Source: Blastocladiella emersonii ATCC 22665
Lineage: Eukaryota > Fungi > Blastocladiomycota
Direction: 5' to 3'
Length of the DNA stretch: 64,000 nucleotides
Assembly: GCA_025594325.1 (NCBI GenBank)
Contig: JANHCV010000001.1
Coordinates: forward strand, 3,906,001 to 3,970,000
A model generated the notes under the pieces. The model was not told the DNA's origin and made no database searches. It worked only from the letters and a program-made list of their open reading frames with translations. Below are positions 1-10,950 of this stretch, piece by piece. Position 1 is the first letter of the stretch. The number at the start of each line of letters is the position of its first letter. A program made the position numbers and the translations under genes.

Positions 1-723
1 CGCGTCAGCCAGGCCAAAGACGTCGCGGCGCGAGCGAGAATGCGTACCGTCAAGCTTGCGCGCGTAGCTGTTGTGGATCTCCTGCTTCTCGCGCTCGGTC
101 TGGAGCTGGTTCTGGTCAATGGACGACCGCAGCGCGATGATCTCGCGGTCCTTGCGCTCCATCTGGTCGCGGAGCGCGCCCATGACTTCGATCTGTGCAC
201 AGGTGCGGTCAGCAGTGAGTTTGGAGATGTCCGTGAAGAGCACACGCGTACCGCGTCCTTTTCTTGCTCGGTGCACTGCTGCTGCAGATCGGCGTTGGTT
301 TGAATCCTATGCACCACCCCAATTCGTCATTACCCATGCCCATGTCACGACCCCACGCTCGACGCACAGGTTACTCAGCCGCTCCTTGTACAGCGCGAGC
401 GCCTTGGACGTCGACTCGAGCGTGGTCGCGAGCGCGCGCTCGCCAACGGTCCCGTTCGCGAGTGCGTTGCGAGACCCGGCGATCCCGCGCATCGAGCCCG
501 AGTTGGGCGCGTTGCGGACGGGCGACAGCATGGATTTACGGCGCGCGCCGAGCCGGGCGCTCCCACCGCCACCGTTCCGTGATGCATCCGCAGCAAGCGC
601 GGCGGCGGTGGCGGCGGCCATGCCGGCCGAGGGCGCAGCTGGTGGACCGGTGCCCCCGCCCCCGTTACCGCTCGAGTTGAGCGCGCCGCCGGCTTTGGAC
701 GCGCGTTTGACCGTGGAGGCCAT
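1..723 (-). CDS. Basal body-orientation factor 1-like coiled-coil protein (BBOF1/CCDC176, DUF4515-like); 5' part only, spliced, runs off the window start
   Basis: ATG at 723 (MASTVKRASKAGG). The spliced reading YKERLSNL/IQTNADLQQQCTEQEKDA/IEVMGALRDQMERKDREIIALRSSIDQNQLQTEREKQEIHNSYARKLD matches the BBOF1 N-terminal coiled coil as recalled (Y..L..N.DL....EKD..V...L.....KD..I). GT-AG introns lie between these segments. Confidence 0.6.
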
Positions 724-914
724 GGCGGGGAGATTGCATTTAGTGGTGGATTCGTGATCTGACTCAAGGGTCCTTAATTCACGGGATGGACTGACGTTGG
801 AGGTGAAATGAAACGCGTCGCGACACGTCGCACGTGGTGCGAGACAGAGTGCGAGACATCCAGCGAGCTCTATCAAAAACGGCGAAAGTGTATATCCTAC
901 TACTAAAAAACGAA

Positions 915-2823
915 TCAAGACGAAGACGAGGCCTCGAGCAGCTCCTCGTTGGTCGCGTCGACCGGGATCCCGTCGACGGCGGCAGCGACGCGCTTGAGGA
1001 GCGCGAAGAGGGCGCCCTTGTCCTCGGTAAAGTCGTTGTGGACGATGTTGATGAGGAACCATTCGCCGGCGAGCGCCTTGAGCAGAGCGTGCTCCTGGGT
1101 GTCGTTCTCGTAGAGGTTGGTCCACTGGTCCCACAGGGCAAACGCCTCGTCCTTCCAGGCCATGAACGAGGCGAGGTCGACGATCGTCGGCTGCACAATC
1201 TCCTTGCCGGGGAACACGCCCCAGGTGACGGCGTTGGGCGAGTCGCCGGCGTGGTTGGTGCGCACGTCGTCGCCGGCGCGGTTGACGGCGTGGTACGTGA
1301 TGAGCGAGTCCGGGTCGGTGTCGCGCAGCAGGGCGACGAGCGCGTCGAGCTTGGCGGGGCTGACAAAGAACTCGAGGTACGCCTTTTGGTACACGTAGCC
1401 GCCCTTGGGACCCCACCCGACGGTCGGGTCCGACGACTTGGCGCCGTTGACGGGCGGCTGCGAGTTGATGGTGAGGAACCCGCGCAGGTTGGCGGCGCCG
1501 AGCGCGTCGCAGATGAGCTTGGACTCGCCGGCGAGCGGCTGGTCGCACCACGGCAGGGCCTTGATCTTGCCGCGGCAGTAGTCGGCAAAGACGCGGTAGA
1601 CGTGGCGCAGCGTGGTCGGGCGGCCCCACGTCTTGAGCGACTCGGCGCGCGACAGCTTGAGCGACACGCCGTACCCGTCGAGCTCGCCAAAGGCCGGCGA
1701 CCGCGCGTCGCCCCACCGGCCGTTCGGGAAGTCGTCCCACGTCTCGGTGCGGTTCACGTACGAAAGCGTCCGGTGCCGCCAGAACACGGGGCGCACGTTC
1801 TCGCCGAGGCGCTTGGCGGACAGGGACTGATCCGGAGCAACGGGTTCCTAGGGCGCCGGTCAGTTGACGGTAACGACACGGAGATTCGAGCGAAAAACGT
1901 ACCGGATTCCACGGGAGCGGGCGTGCGGTCTCGAGCGCGGGCACGAAATCGAGGCCCTCGAGGATGAGGCGGACGGAGCGCTCGAGGTTCATGGTGTAGA
2001 TGTGAAAGGCGCGAATATCGTTGTCGATGAGCTTCTTGCACATGTCGATGGCGAGCTGTACGCCGTAGTCCTTGACGGCCTGGTCGTCGTCCTTGATGGG
2101 CTCGAGGGCGTTGAAGACGTGCTGCGGCACGCGCGTCTGCGACAGCGAGGTCATGCGCACGAACCCGCCAAACGTCTGAATGGGCATGATACCGGGCAAA
2201 ATCGGGCAGTTGATGCCGGCGGCGCGACACGCCTTGACCCAGCCGACGAACAGGTCGACGTCGTAGAAGAGCTGGGTGACGACAAAGTCGGCGCCGGCGT
2301 CGACCTTGTCCTTGAGGAAGCGCAGGTCGGCGGCGACGTCCGTGTTCTCGGTGTGGCCCTCGGGGTAGCCGGCGACGGCGATGCAGAACCAGTCGCCGTG
2401 CTTCTCGCGGATGTAGCGCACGAGGTCGATGGCGTGGTTGAAGCCGCCGTCGCACGCGGTCCAGTGCTCCTGGCCGCGCGGCGGGTCGCCGCGCAGGGCG
2501 AGGATGTTCTGGATACCGATCTCGCGGGCGCGCGTCAGGGCATCGTCGATCTTGGCGCGCGGCATGTTGGTGCAGGTGAGGTGCATGCACGTCTCGAGGC
2601 CCCACACGGACTGGGCGACGTTGCAGATCTCGAGCGTCAGGTCGGCCGTCGACCCGCCGGCGCCCCACGTCACGTCGATGAAGGACGGGCCGAGCGAGTA
2701 CATGCGCTCGAGGCGGTCGTAGAGGTTGAGGACGCCGGCCTGCGTCTTGGGCGGGAAGAACTCGAAGGACCAGGTGGTGCGGCCCTCGGCCTCGGCCTGG
2801 CGCAGCTTCTTGATGATCTTCAT
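915..2823 (-). CDS. MET13: Methylenetetrahydrofolate reductase (eukaryotic; catalytic plus SAM-regulatory domain), 2 exons
   Basis: Motifs SFEFFPPKT, FIDVTWGAGG, MHLTCTN, NILALRGDPP, VAGYPEGH, VTQLFYD, then VRPVFW, WDDFPNGRWGD, TINSQP, GYVYQKAYLEFF, NAVTWGVFPGKEIVQPT. Intron donor at 1902. Confidence 0.95.
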
Positions 2824-3125
2824 GGTAGGGTGTTCGTTCGATTGAATGCGAGTTGCGAGAGCGAGCAAGAGGGGCGAGTGGAAGTATTTGAAGGCGGCGA
2901 GGGGCTGAGGGAGAGGCGGGTCCGAGCGCGTCAACCGCGGCGAACGTGCGGCCCGAGGGCGCGGATCGCCGGCTTGACGCGTCGCGGGACGCGTCGGTCA
3001 CGTGAAATGCTGCCACCCGCTCCAGCTCGCACGCGCCCGCCGCCGCCACCAAGGGAACTGCCGCCACAGCCTGTCGACGCCACTCTCCCCTCCTCGCGGC
3101 GCCCTCCACCCCTCATGCTACACTG

Positions 3126-4560
3126 ATGAAGTTTGCCAACCTGTTCGTGTCCAAGTCGCGTCTGCTCGTCTTCGACGCCGACGTGACGGTGCACTCGATC
3201 GAGTCGGTCCCGCTCATCTCGGGCCACTTCTACGCCAAGCTCAAGCTGCCGCACGGCGCCGGCAGCAATGGCCACAACCCGGACGCACCCGACCACCTGC
3301 GCGCTGGCGGTGGTGGCGGTGCGGCGGCCGCGGGTCCTGTGCCGGCGACATCTGGAACTAGTACACCCGGCTCCGCTGCCCCCGCCGCCGCGGCATGGAT
3401 CCCGCCGTCGTCGCACCGCGCGCCGCTGCGCGACCACGCCGTGCAGTGGAACTGGCGCTACGGGTTCGACGCCGAGATGACCAAGGACGACTCGGGCGTG
3501 CTGCTGTCGTGGCCCTTTACCCTCGTCATCAAGCACGTACGGCTGCCGCTTGCTGCCTCCACCTCGGCGCCGCCTGTGGCTGACATGCGTTCGGACAGGA
3601 CCGCTCCGAGGACCGCGCCGGCACCGAGCGCATCGGCGTGCTGCACCTCGACCTCGCCCACTTTGCCGGCACCCGCTCCATGACCCGCAAGTTCCTCCTG
3701 CAGGAGACCAAGATGAACTCGACCGTCAAGGTCACCATCGCCATGACCCTCAAGAGCGGCGACCCGCTGTTCAAAGTGTACGTGTTTTCGCATCCGAAAT
3801 CGCGTCAACCCGGTCTCACACCCTTCTCTCGCCGTAGACCGGAGCTCCCGAACGACCTGCAAATCGATCTCACCCGCTTCACCAAGTCCATGATCCCATC
3901 CGCCGCTCCGGGAACGCTGGACGTGCCCGCCTCGGACCTGGGTACGCTGCGCCTCACTCGCGTGCCGCCCACCGCGCTCACGCCCGCCACGTAGACGCGT
4001 CGAGTGTCGCGCAAACGCGCAGCGGGTCCATGTCCGAGACCGCCTCCATCGGCTCGAGCCGCGCCGCGTCTGCGCGCGTCGTCAACCACGCGAGCGGCGG
4101 CGGCGGCGTCGCCGGCATCGACGGCTCCGGCGCGAGCGCGTACGGCGTGTCCGCTGACGACTCGTCCGTCTCTCCGGCCTCGCTACAGCTCGCGGGCGCG
4201 CTCCCGCACCTGCCCAACGCGGACCCGCGCCCGTCCGCGGCCATCGTCGACGACCTGTTCGCGCAAGTCCTCGCCGCGTCGACGGTACACCCGGGCTCGC
4301 TGGGCCTGCCGTCGCCGCGCCCGGGTGTCGCGGCCGACCCGTTCCTCGCGCTGCGGTCGGCCACGGCGCCGGCGAACGGGCCCGCCGAGGGCCCCGACCT
4401 GCCCGACGGCCGCGGCGTGTTCCACTACCGCAGCGGGACGTACGCGTCGTCGTCGGCGTCGAGCGCGGCGCACTCGCCCATGGCGCCCGTGCTGCTGACA
4501 GGCGGGGGCGAGGCGAAGGTGACACAGAGCCCGCCGCCCGTCTCGTCGTCGGTGCTCTGA
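3126..4560 (+). CDS. NT-type C2 domain protein (EEIG1/EHBP1/FAM102 family), spliced
   Basis: N-terminal FDADVTVHSIESVPLISGHFYAKLK...HAVQWN, then IGVLHLDLAHFAG...KFLLQETKMNSTVKVTIAM, typical of NT-C2. Ser/Ala/Pro-rich tail ends at TGA 4560. Confidence 0.75.
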
Positions 4561-4649
4561 GAGTGGGATAGAGAGGGAGATACGCGTGGATGCGCACGCA
4601 CGTGTACCATAAGTTATACCACGAAGTTGGCTGTTCAAAATTAGGGGTA

Positions 4650-6122
4650 TCATGGTGAAGAGGAGGAGGAGGAGAACTCGATGGTGCGGACTTCGAGCGA
4701 GCCGAGGTTGACGAGGACAAGCGTGCCCGTCGACTGGAACGCGGGGACGAGGACCACGCGGGCCGACGGAAGTGAGGGGTTTTCCACGTCTACACGAGCG
4801 AGGACACGGTCAAGGTACTGGTCGAGGGCGACGGAGAGAGCAGGGAAGCGTACCCTCGATGAGTTGGCTGGCAAACTCGGGCTGGTTGCCGAACGCGAGC
4901 ACGCGGAGCCGCGGCTCGACGACGAACGGGTCGTCGTCCCGGTACGGGTAGCACCCTACGAGGGAGCGAGTCAGCGACGCCCCGACTCAACCCAAAACGA
5001 AGGAAGCGTACAGAGCGTATCGGGCGCCGACGGCGCGAGGTGCCGCCACTCAACAAAGTAAGCAGCGAGCGTAGCGCGGTCCATGCCTCCCTCGCCGATA
5101 TACCGGAACGCGTCGTCGAGCGGCTGGCCAGCGCACGCGGCGACGGCGTAGTCGGAAACCTTGGCGACAAGCGGGTTGGTGACGGACTGGAATGCGGATG
5201 AGGTGGCCGTCTTGGGAAAGCACGCCGGGTGGATGGCCTGCTGCGGCAGCGTGTGGGTGGCAGGGTCGGCGGCGCCCGGCAGCAGGGTCACGGGCATGGA
5301 CGCAGCGATCTGTGAGAGGTAGTCGTCGAGCTCGGACAGGTGCGCGTCCTCGGCCGACTCGAGCGAGTTGCCGAGCACGAACAGCCGCGACACGCGCGAC
5401 ATGAGGTCCACGTCCTCGTCGGACCCGATCTCGCCCGCGAGCGTGTCGGCTAGGAGCTGCAGCGCGAGCGGGTTGGTCGCGTCGCTGCCGCAGTGCAGGC
5501 CCGAGACGAACCCGATCCACGGCGCGTTCGCGTCGTCGCCATCCCCCATGGACACGTCGCCGGCGGGCGCGGACATCCCGGCAAAACACATGTCGACGAC
5601 CTCGAACCCGCCGCTGCTCGTCTCGGTCCCCAGCACGGCGGCGACGACGCCCGTGACGATGGGGAACTTGCCGAGCGCGGGTCCCTCAAGGCGCACGCGG
5701 CCGAACTCGTCCTCGATGGCGACCTTGTCGGCCTCGTCGCCGACGACCTTCTCGCGCTTGGGCGGCGGGAGCGCGCCCGAGTACTCGGCGGCCACGTCGT
5801 CGAGGATCGACGGCTTGAGCGGGTACTCGCAGCAGATGGTGCCGACGAACCACGACAGCACGTTGGGCTTGATGTCGAGCGACCGCGCAAGGTACACGGC
5901 GCCGGCCCGGTCAGCGTAGGACCGCCAGCGCGCAGTGGCACGCTCGACGATGGCCGGGCGCAGCTTGGTCAGGCGGTTGAAGTAGATGTTGGCATACTGC
6001 TGCGTGTAGGTGCGGTCGCGCAGCACGAACGGGACCGACGGCGTCACGTCGATCGTATCGGCGGTGCGCTCGCGCGGCGCGGTCGACTGCGATGCATGGG
6101 CTAGCGCGGCGGGCTTTGTCAT
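4650..6122 (-). CDS. POL31: DNA polymerase delta subunit 2 (small B subunit), spliced
   Basis: QQYANIYFNRL, KPSILDD, IEDEFGRVRL, GFVSGL, LFVLGNS, VTLLPGAADP...LPQQAIHP, WRHLAPSAPDTL/WCYPYRDDDPFV...AFGNQPEF, VLVPAFQSTGTLVLVNL. Confidence 0.93.
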
Positions 6123-6442
6123 TTTTTGCGTCGGTGTGGGAGGAGTGAAGCGACGACGCAGTGCTGTGACGCAGAGAGCGCGGAGGGACGCGAAAACCTC
6201 TCAAGGGGCGGATCAGGTGACCGTGGCAGGCGGGTCAGCTGATGCTTTTGGCGCCGCAGTTTGTTGACAGGCCGTGCGGATCGGGCCGCGCAGAGTTGGC
6301 CGACCGGAAGTGGTTTTGGCTGAGAGGAGTGCCACGCCGCCGCCGCCGCCTTCACCATCGCCGTCGACCCCGGCCCCCCGAGTCCCGCTTCCCCGCCCCT
6401 GCTTGACTGCTAAGCCGCCGCAGTGTGACCGCACCACCCACC

Positions 6443-7513
6443 ATGTCTGCCTCCCTCGTCGCCGCGCGGGCCACCGCCCGCACCGCCTTCGTACGTGTCG
6501 ACACGCGCCGTCGGCACACGTTTGCGGAGGGGAGGGTCGATGGGCCCTACCGACTTGTGGCCGCGTCGATTCACCACCGAGACTTCCCCGCTGCACCACC
6601 GCCGCCCATGAAATGCTATCGACACCTTTTGGCGTGTGGTGCAGGCGGAGGGGGAGTCGCGATGCGTGGCCACCTTGGATCGGTCGGGCACCTCAGCGAG
6701 TCACCACGACGACCCTCCCTCCCGCTATCGTGACCGACGACGTGAGGCCCTGCACCCGTCGGCTCATGGCTAACCGCCGCCTTGCTCCATCGTCGTGTAT
6801 CGCGCGCTCCATCACACCGTCATGTCGACCTGGTTCCATCCCTACAGCGCAACGTTGCTGGTACGCGCTCGACCCGACGCCACCACACCTCGAGCGCACC
6901 GCGCTGACCCCTCTTTCCCTTCGTAGCCCGCTCGCTGCACTCGTCGGTCGCCAAGTCGACGGCGCAGATGCCCGACTTCTCCGCCTACAAGAAGACGTCG
7001 TCGGCCGCCAACGACCGCACCTTCACCTACTTCATGGTCGGCTCGACCGGTTTCATGACCGCCGTCGCCGCCAAGAACACGGTCCACGACTTCCTGTCCA
7101 ACCTGTCGGCGTCCGCCGATGTGCTCGCCCTCGCCAAGGTCGAGGTCGACCTCACCACCATCCCCGAGGGCAAGAACGTGGTCGTCAAGTGGCGCGGTAA
7201 GCCCATCTTCATCCGCCACCGCACCCAGGACGAGATCACCGAGGCCGCCTCGCTCGACGTGTCGACGCTCCGCCACCCCGAGACCGACGCCGAGCGCGCC
7301 CCCAAGCCCGAGTGGCTCGTCATGCTCGGCGTCTGCACCCACCTCGGCTGTGTCCCCGTCGGCGAGTCGGGCGACTTTGGCGGCTGGTACTGCCCCTGCC
7401 ACGGCTCCCACTACGACATCTCGGGCCGTATCCGCAAGGGCCCTGCCCCGCTCAACCTCGAGATCCCCGCCCACTCCTTCACCGATAACGACACCAAGGT
7501 CGTCATCGGTTAA
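6443..7513 (+). CDS. RIP1: Rieske iron-sulfur subunit of cytochrome bc1, with mitochondrial presequence; 3 exons including a 13-nt microexon
   Basis: CTHLGCVP and CPCHGSHYD Rieske motifs, [20 protein letters not shown]. Exons 6443-6490, 6848-6860 and 6927-7513 join in frame ([27 protein letters not shown]). Confidence 0.96.
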
Positions 7514-7720
7514 GGTTCTCCCTCCTCCCTTTCCATCTCTCCGCTTGTCCTATTACCTCACCCCCTCTCGTCCCCTCGCTCGCTCAAACCACTTGACATG
7601 GACTAGGTCGATCACCGTCCACTCCCTCTCTTCCCCTTCCCTCCCTCTCGTCGCAACTTGATACATTTCTCTAGTGAAAAGCATCCATGCATTCGTCCGT
7701 GCCCCACCCGCGCCCAGCAT

Positions 7721-10700
7721 TCACTTCTTCTTCTTCGCGTCCTTGCCCTTCCCCTTCTCGGGCACCGGCTCCTCCTGCACGAGCCCCAAGACGATCTCGC
7801 GCTTCTTGAACAACGGGAGCTTGAGCGTCCAGTCACGAAAGTCCTGCTCAATCTTGCGGTCTGGCTCGGGCAGCTGGAGCATGTGGTGGACAAGCTCGCC
7901 CGTGTCGAGCGCGCGTTGTGGCAGCTGGCGCACGCGGCGCGCCGTGAGCGTGCGGTGGACGATGGCCTGGATCGTGGCGCCGGGCATGCCCGCCGATACG
8001 CGCGCGAGCACGCTGCAGTTGACGCCGAGGACCGCGTCCAGGAGCACCGCGGGCGGCGTGTCGTTGTTGGCGCCGGCGGCGGCGCGCTCCGCGATCCACT
8101 CGCGCCAGATGGCCTCGCGCGCCGTGTAGTTGGGCCGCGGGACGTGGATCATGCGTTGGAACGCGTCCGACATGGCCTTGGCGTCGCTGTAGAAGGGGTT
8201 GCGCGATGTGCCGACCACGAGCACGCGGTCGCTCGGCTTGAGCCCGTTGATGGCCTTGACCAGGTCCTTGCGCACGCGCTTCGGGTCCGACGTGTCCTCC
8301 TTGGGCACCTTCTTGCAGAACACGGCCTCGGCGTCGTCCACCACCACGAGCGACGGCGCCATGGCCTTGGCCACCTTGAACACCGTGTACACCATGCGCG
8401 CCACGTTCGACTTGCCCGTGTACTGGCCCGCCGTCGTCTTGGGCGACAGGTTGAACAGCGTCGCGCCCGCCTCGTTGGCCGCTGCGTTGATGAGCATCGT
8501 CTTGCCGCACCCCGTAGGCCCGTACAGCAGGATCGACCGCGGCGGCGGCGGGATCACCGTGTCGTCGATCCCGTCGAGCCCGAGCGGCAGGATGCAGTGC
8601 TCGATGATCGACCGCTTGATGTCGAACGACGACGGCTCCGGGTTGAGCTTGTCCTTGTTCATGAGCGACGGCATCGCCTTGTAGTCGGCGATCCGGCACT
8701 TGACGGGGCGCTGCATCAGGCCCGCCGCGACCAGCTCGTCGACCAGCTCCTCGATCGGCCGACCGCCCGTCAGGTCCTTTTCCTTTTTCCCCTTCTTGCC
8801 GCCGCCCTTCTTGTCCTTTTTCTTCTTCTTGCCTACAAGTTCGAGCGGGGACCGTGAGTGTGGCCATGATGCGCATCATGATGGGGATCCGTACCGCCGT
8901 CCTTCTTCTTCTTCTTGCTATCCTTCTCCATGGCCAGCTTGAGGTTCTCGAGCTCCTCGCGCAGCGCCGCAAACAGCTCGTCCTTGATCTCCGTGTCGAC
9001 CTCGAGCCGCTTGTCGCCCTTGATGATCTCGACGTCGTGGCGCTGCGCAAAGTTGTCGGTCTCGTCCTTGCTGCGCCAGTCCTTGAGGTACGCCGTCTGC
9101 TTGTCCTGGACCGCCTTGAGGTAGTTGGAGTTGGTGTTGACCAGCAGCGGCTCGGGCTCCTCGGCCGCGTCGCCGCCCTTGCCGCCCTTTTTCGCGTCCT
9201 TTTTGCCCGCGTCCTTCTTGCCGGCGTCCTTCTTTCCGGCATCCCTCTTGCCCGCGTCCTTGCCCTTGCCGCCCGACGGCGTCGCGGGCGCGGCGGCCTC
9301 GGCCGCGGTCCCTGGCGCGGGCTCCGCCGGCTTCTGGCCGAACTTGAACCCGGGCAGCTTCCACTCCTCGTCGGGCGGGAAGTCCGGGAACTTGCTCGTG
9401 TCGCGCTTGAAGTCCATGTACCACTGCCGGAAAGCGTCCTGGTACGACTCTTTCATGTCGGGGCCCTCGACCTTGCGGATCCTACACGCGCGCGCAACGG
9501 TGAGTGAGCTGGCCGCGACGATGGCCATGGCGCTGGTACTGGTGGCGTACTTTTCCTTGACGCTGACGAGCGCCTGCTGGTACTCCTCCTCGTGCTGCGC
9601 CTGCAGGTCCTTGCGCTGCTTCATGTTGGCCGTCATGATGTTACGCTGCGTGAAGCTCGGGATCGTCGCCATGCCGAGGAACTCGGCCTCTTTGCGCCGC
9701 TCCTCGGCCGCGAGGCGGCGGCCAAGGTAGCCGCGCCAACTATAGTCGGTGACTCGCGTGAGTGGTCGATCGAGGTCGGCATGCGAAGAGAACGTACACG
9801 CGCTGGATCTTTTGCACGGCCTTGACGACCTGCAGCTCGTCGTGCGTCCCGTCGAGGTCGGCGTCCTGGTCTTCCTGCTGTCTACTCGGCTGTCGCGTTA
9901 GCAGGTCATCGTGGCGAGATCAAAACCGAGCGTACCGAATGTCGCGCATGTACTTGGCGCGGATCCGGCCCTGCCGCCCGCGCTCGTTGCGCTGCAGAAT
10001 GGCCACGGCCTCCTCGACCGTGAGCTCAGGAAACGCGACCTTGTTCTCGATGGCCAGCGGCCGCGCGCCTTTGCTGTCCTACGAGGGCGGAGCAGGGGAA
10101 TGAGGCGGTGTCGTTTGCGGTTGCGATGTTGATGCGTACGAGCAGCGCCTCGCGCTCCTTGAGCACCTTGGCGCGTTCCTCGGCGAAACACCGCGGAACG
10201 GGGACCGAGAGGTCGTCCGGGATCATCTTGAGGTCAAAGTACACCGAGTCCATGTCGGGGAAGTCGGACGCGTCGATCTCATAGATTTGCTACACGGGGC
10301 GGGCCAGGGTCAGTGACGCGATGACAGCTCGTGGGCCGCGAGGCAGCGCACCAGACTGATCTCGAGCAAACGGCCCATAACGGCCATGAGCAGGTCGCGC
10401 AGCAGCCGCTTCTTCTGCGGGTGCAGGATCTGGTCGTGTGCGATCTACAGCTTGTCCGAGAGGCGTTACTCGCGCGGTCTGACACCACCCGCCTAAACTG
10501 CATACCTCGAGCCGCTGAAAAATCCGCACATACTTGGCGTACAGGTGCGTGAGGTGGAGCAGCGCCGAGTCGCGGTCCTTGGGGATCAGCGCTGGGTCCT
10601 TGGGGTTCTCATACTCCTGCTGCTGCGCGATATCGGCGCTGATCTCGCGCCACGCATTCGTGTAGGTTCTGTACACGGCGAGATGTGGTTGGCCATCGTG

Positions 10701-10740
10701 GTACGGCGCGGCGGGCGTGTTGCGCGTACTGATTCGACAT
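7721..10740 (-). CDS. IQCA1: Dynein regulatory complex protein 11 / IQ and AAA domain protein, multi-exon
   Basis: Spliced start MSNQTYTNAWRE resembles the IQCA1 N-terminus as recalled; YAKYVRIFQRLE; Lys-rich linker; C-terminal AAA domain with Walker A GPTGCGKT, LFNLSP, DPKRVRKDL, VLVVGTS. Confidence 0.88.
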
Positions 10741-10950
10741 GTTCCCGGGCTAATTCATTCGTATCATCGTTTCACTACGCGGGGATACGGGTTTCGTCTC
10801 GAAACGCGCCAAAACGCGTGACGCAAAATGTCTCGCACCCGCCACGTGACGAATGCGGGACGCGTTTCGCTTCGCGTTCTGCCGTTGGTCAGGTCACCTC
10901 TCTCTCACCGCAACCGTCCGAGTCTATGAAGCGCTTAATAACCACGAATC

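Noticed and set aside
307-2934. 875-aa ORF suggesting an MTHFR fusion with a downstream protein
   Set aside because: It is an artefact of reading through the MTHFR intron into an off-frame region and into the separate BBOF1-like gene. MTHFR ends at 915.
6491-6847. TPP riboswitch or box C/D snoRNA in the long RIP1 intron
   Set aside because: The CTGAGA...GAACTTGATC riboswitch core and a paired RTGATGA/CTGA box set are absent. Kept only as a low-interest long intron.
9190-9270. GKKDA repeats in DRC11, poly-Q in CEP120 (about 48546-48570), poly-Pro near 14150
   Set aside because: Ordinary low-complexity coding repeats, common in these proteins, with no sign of a separate element.
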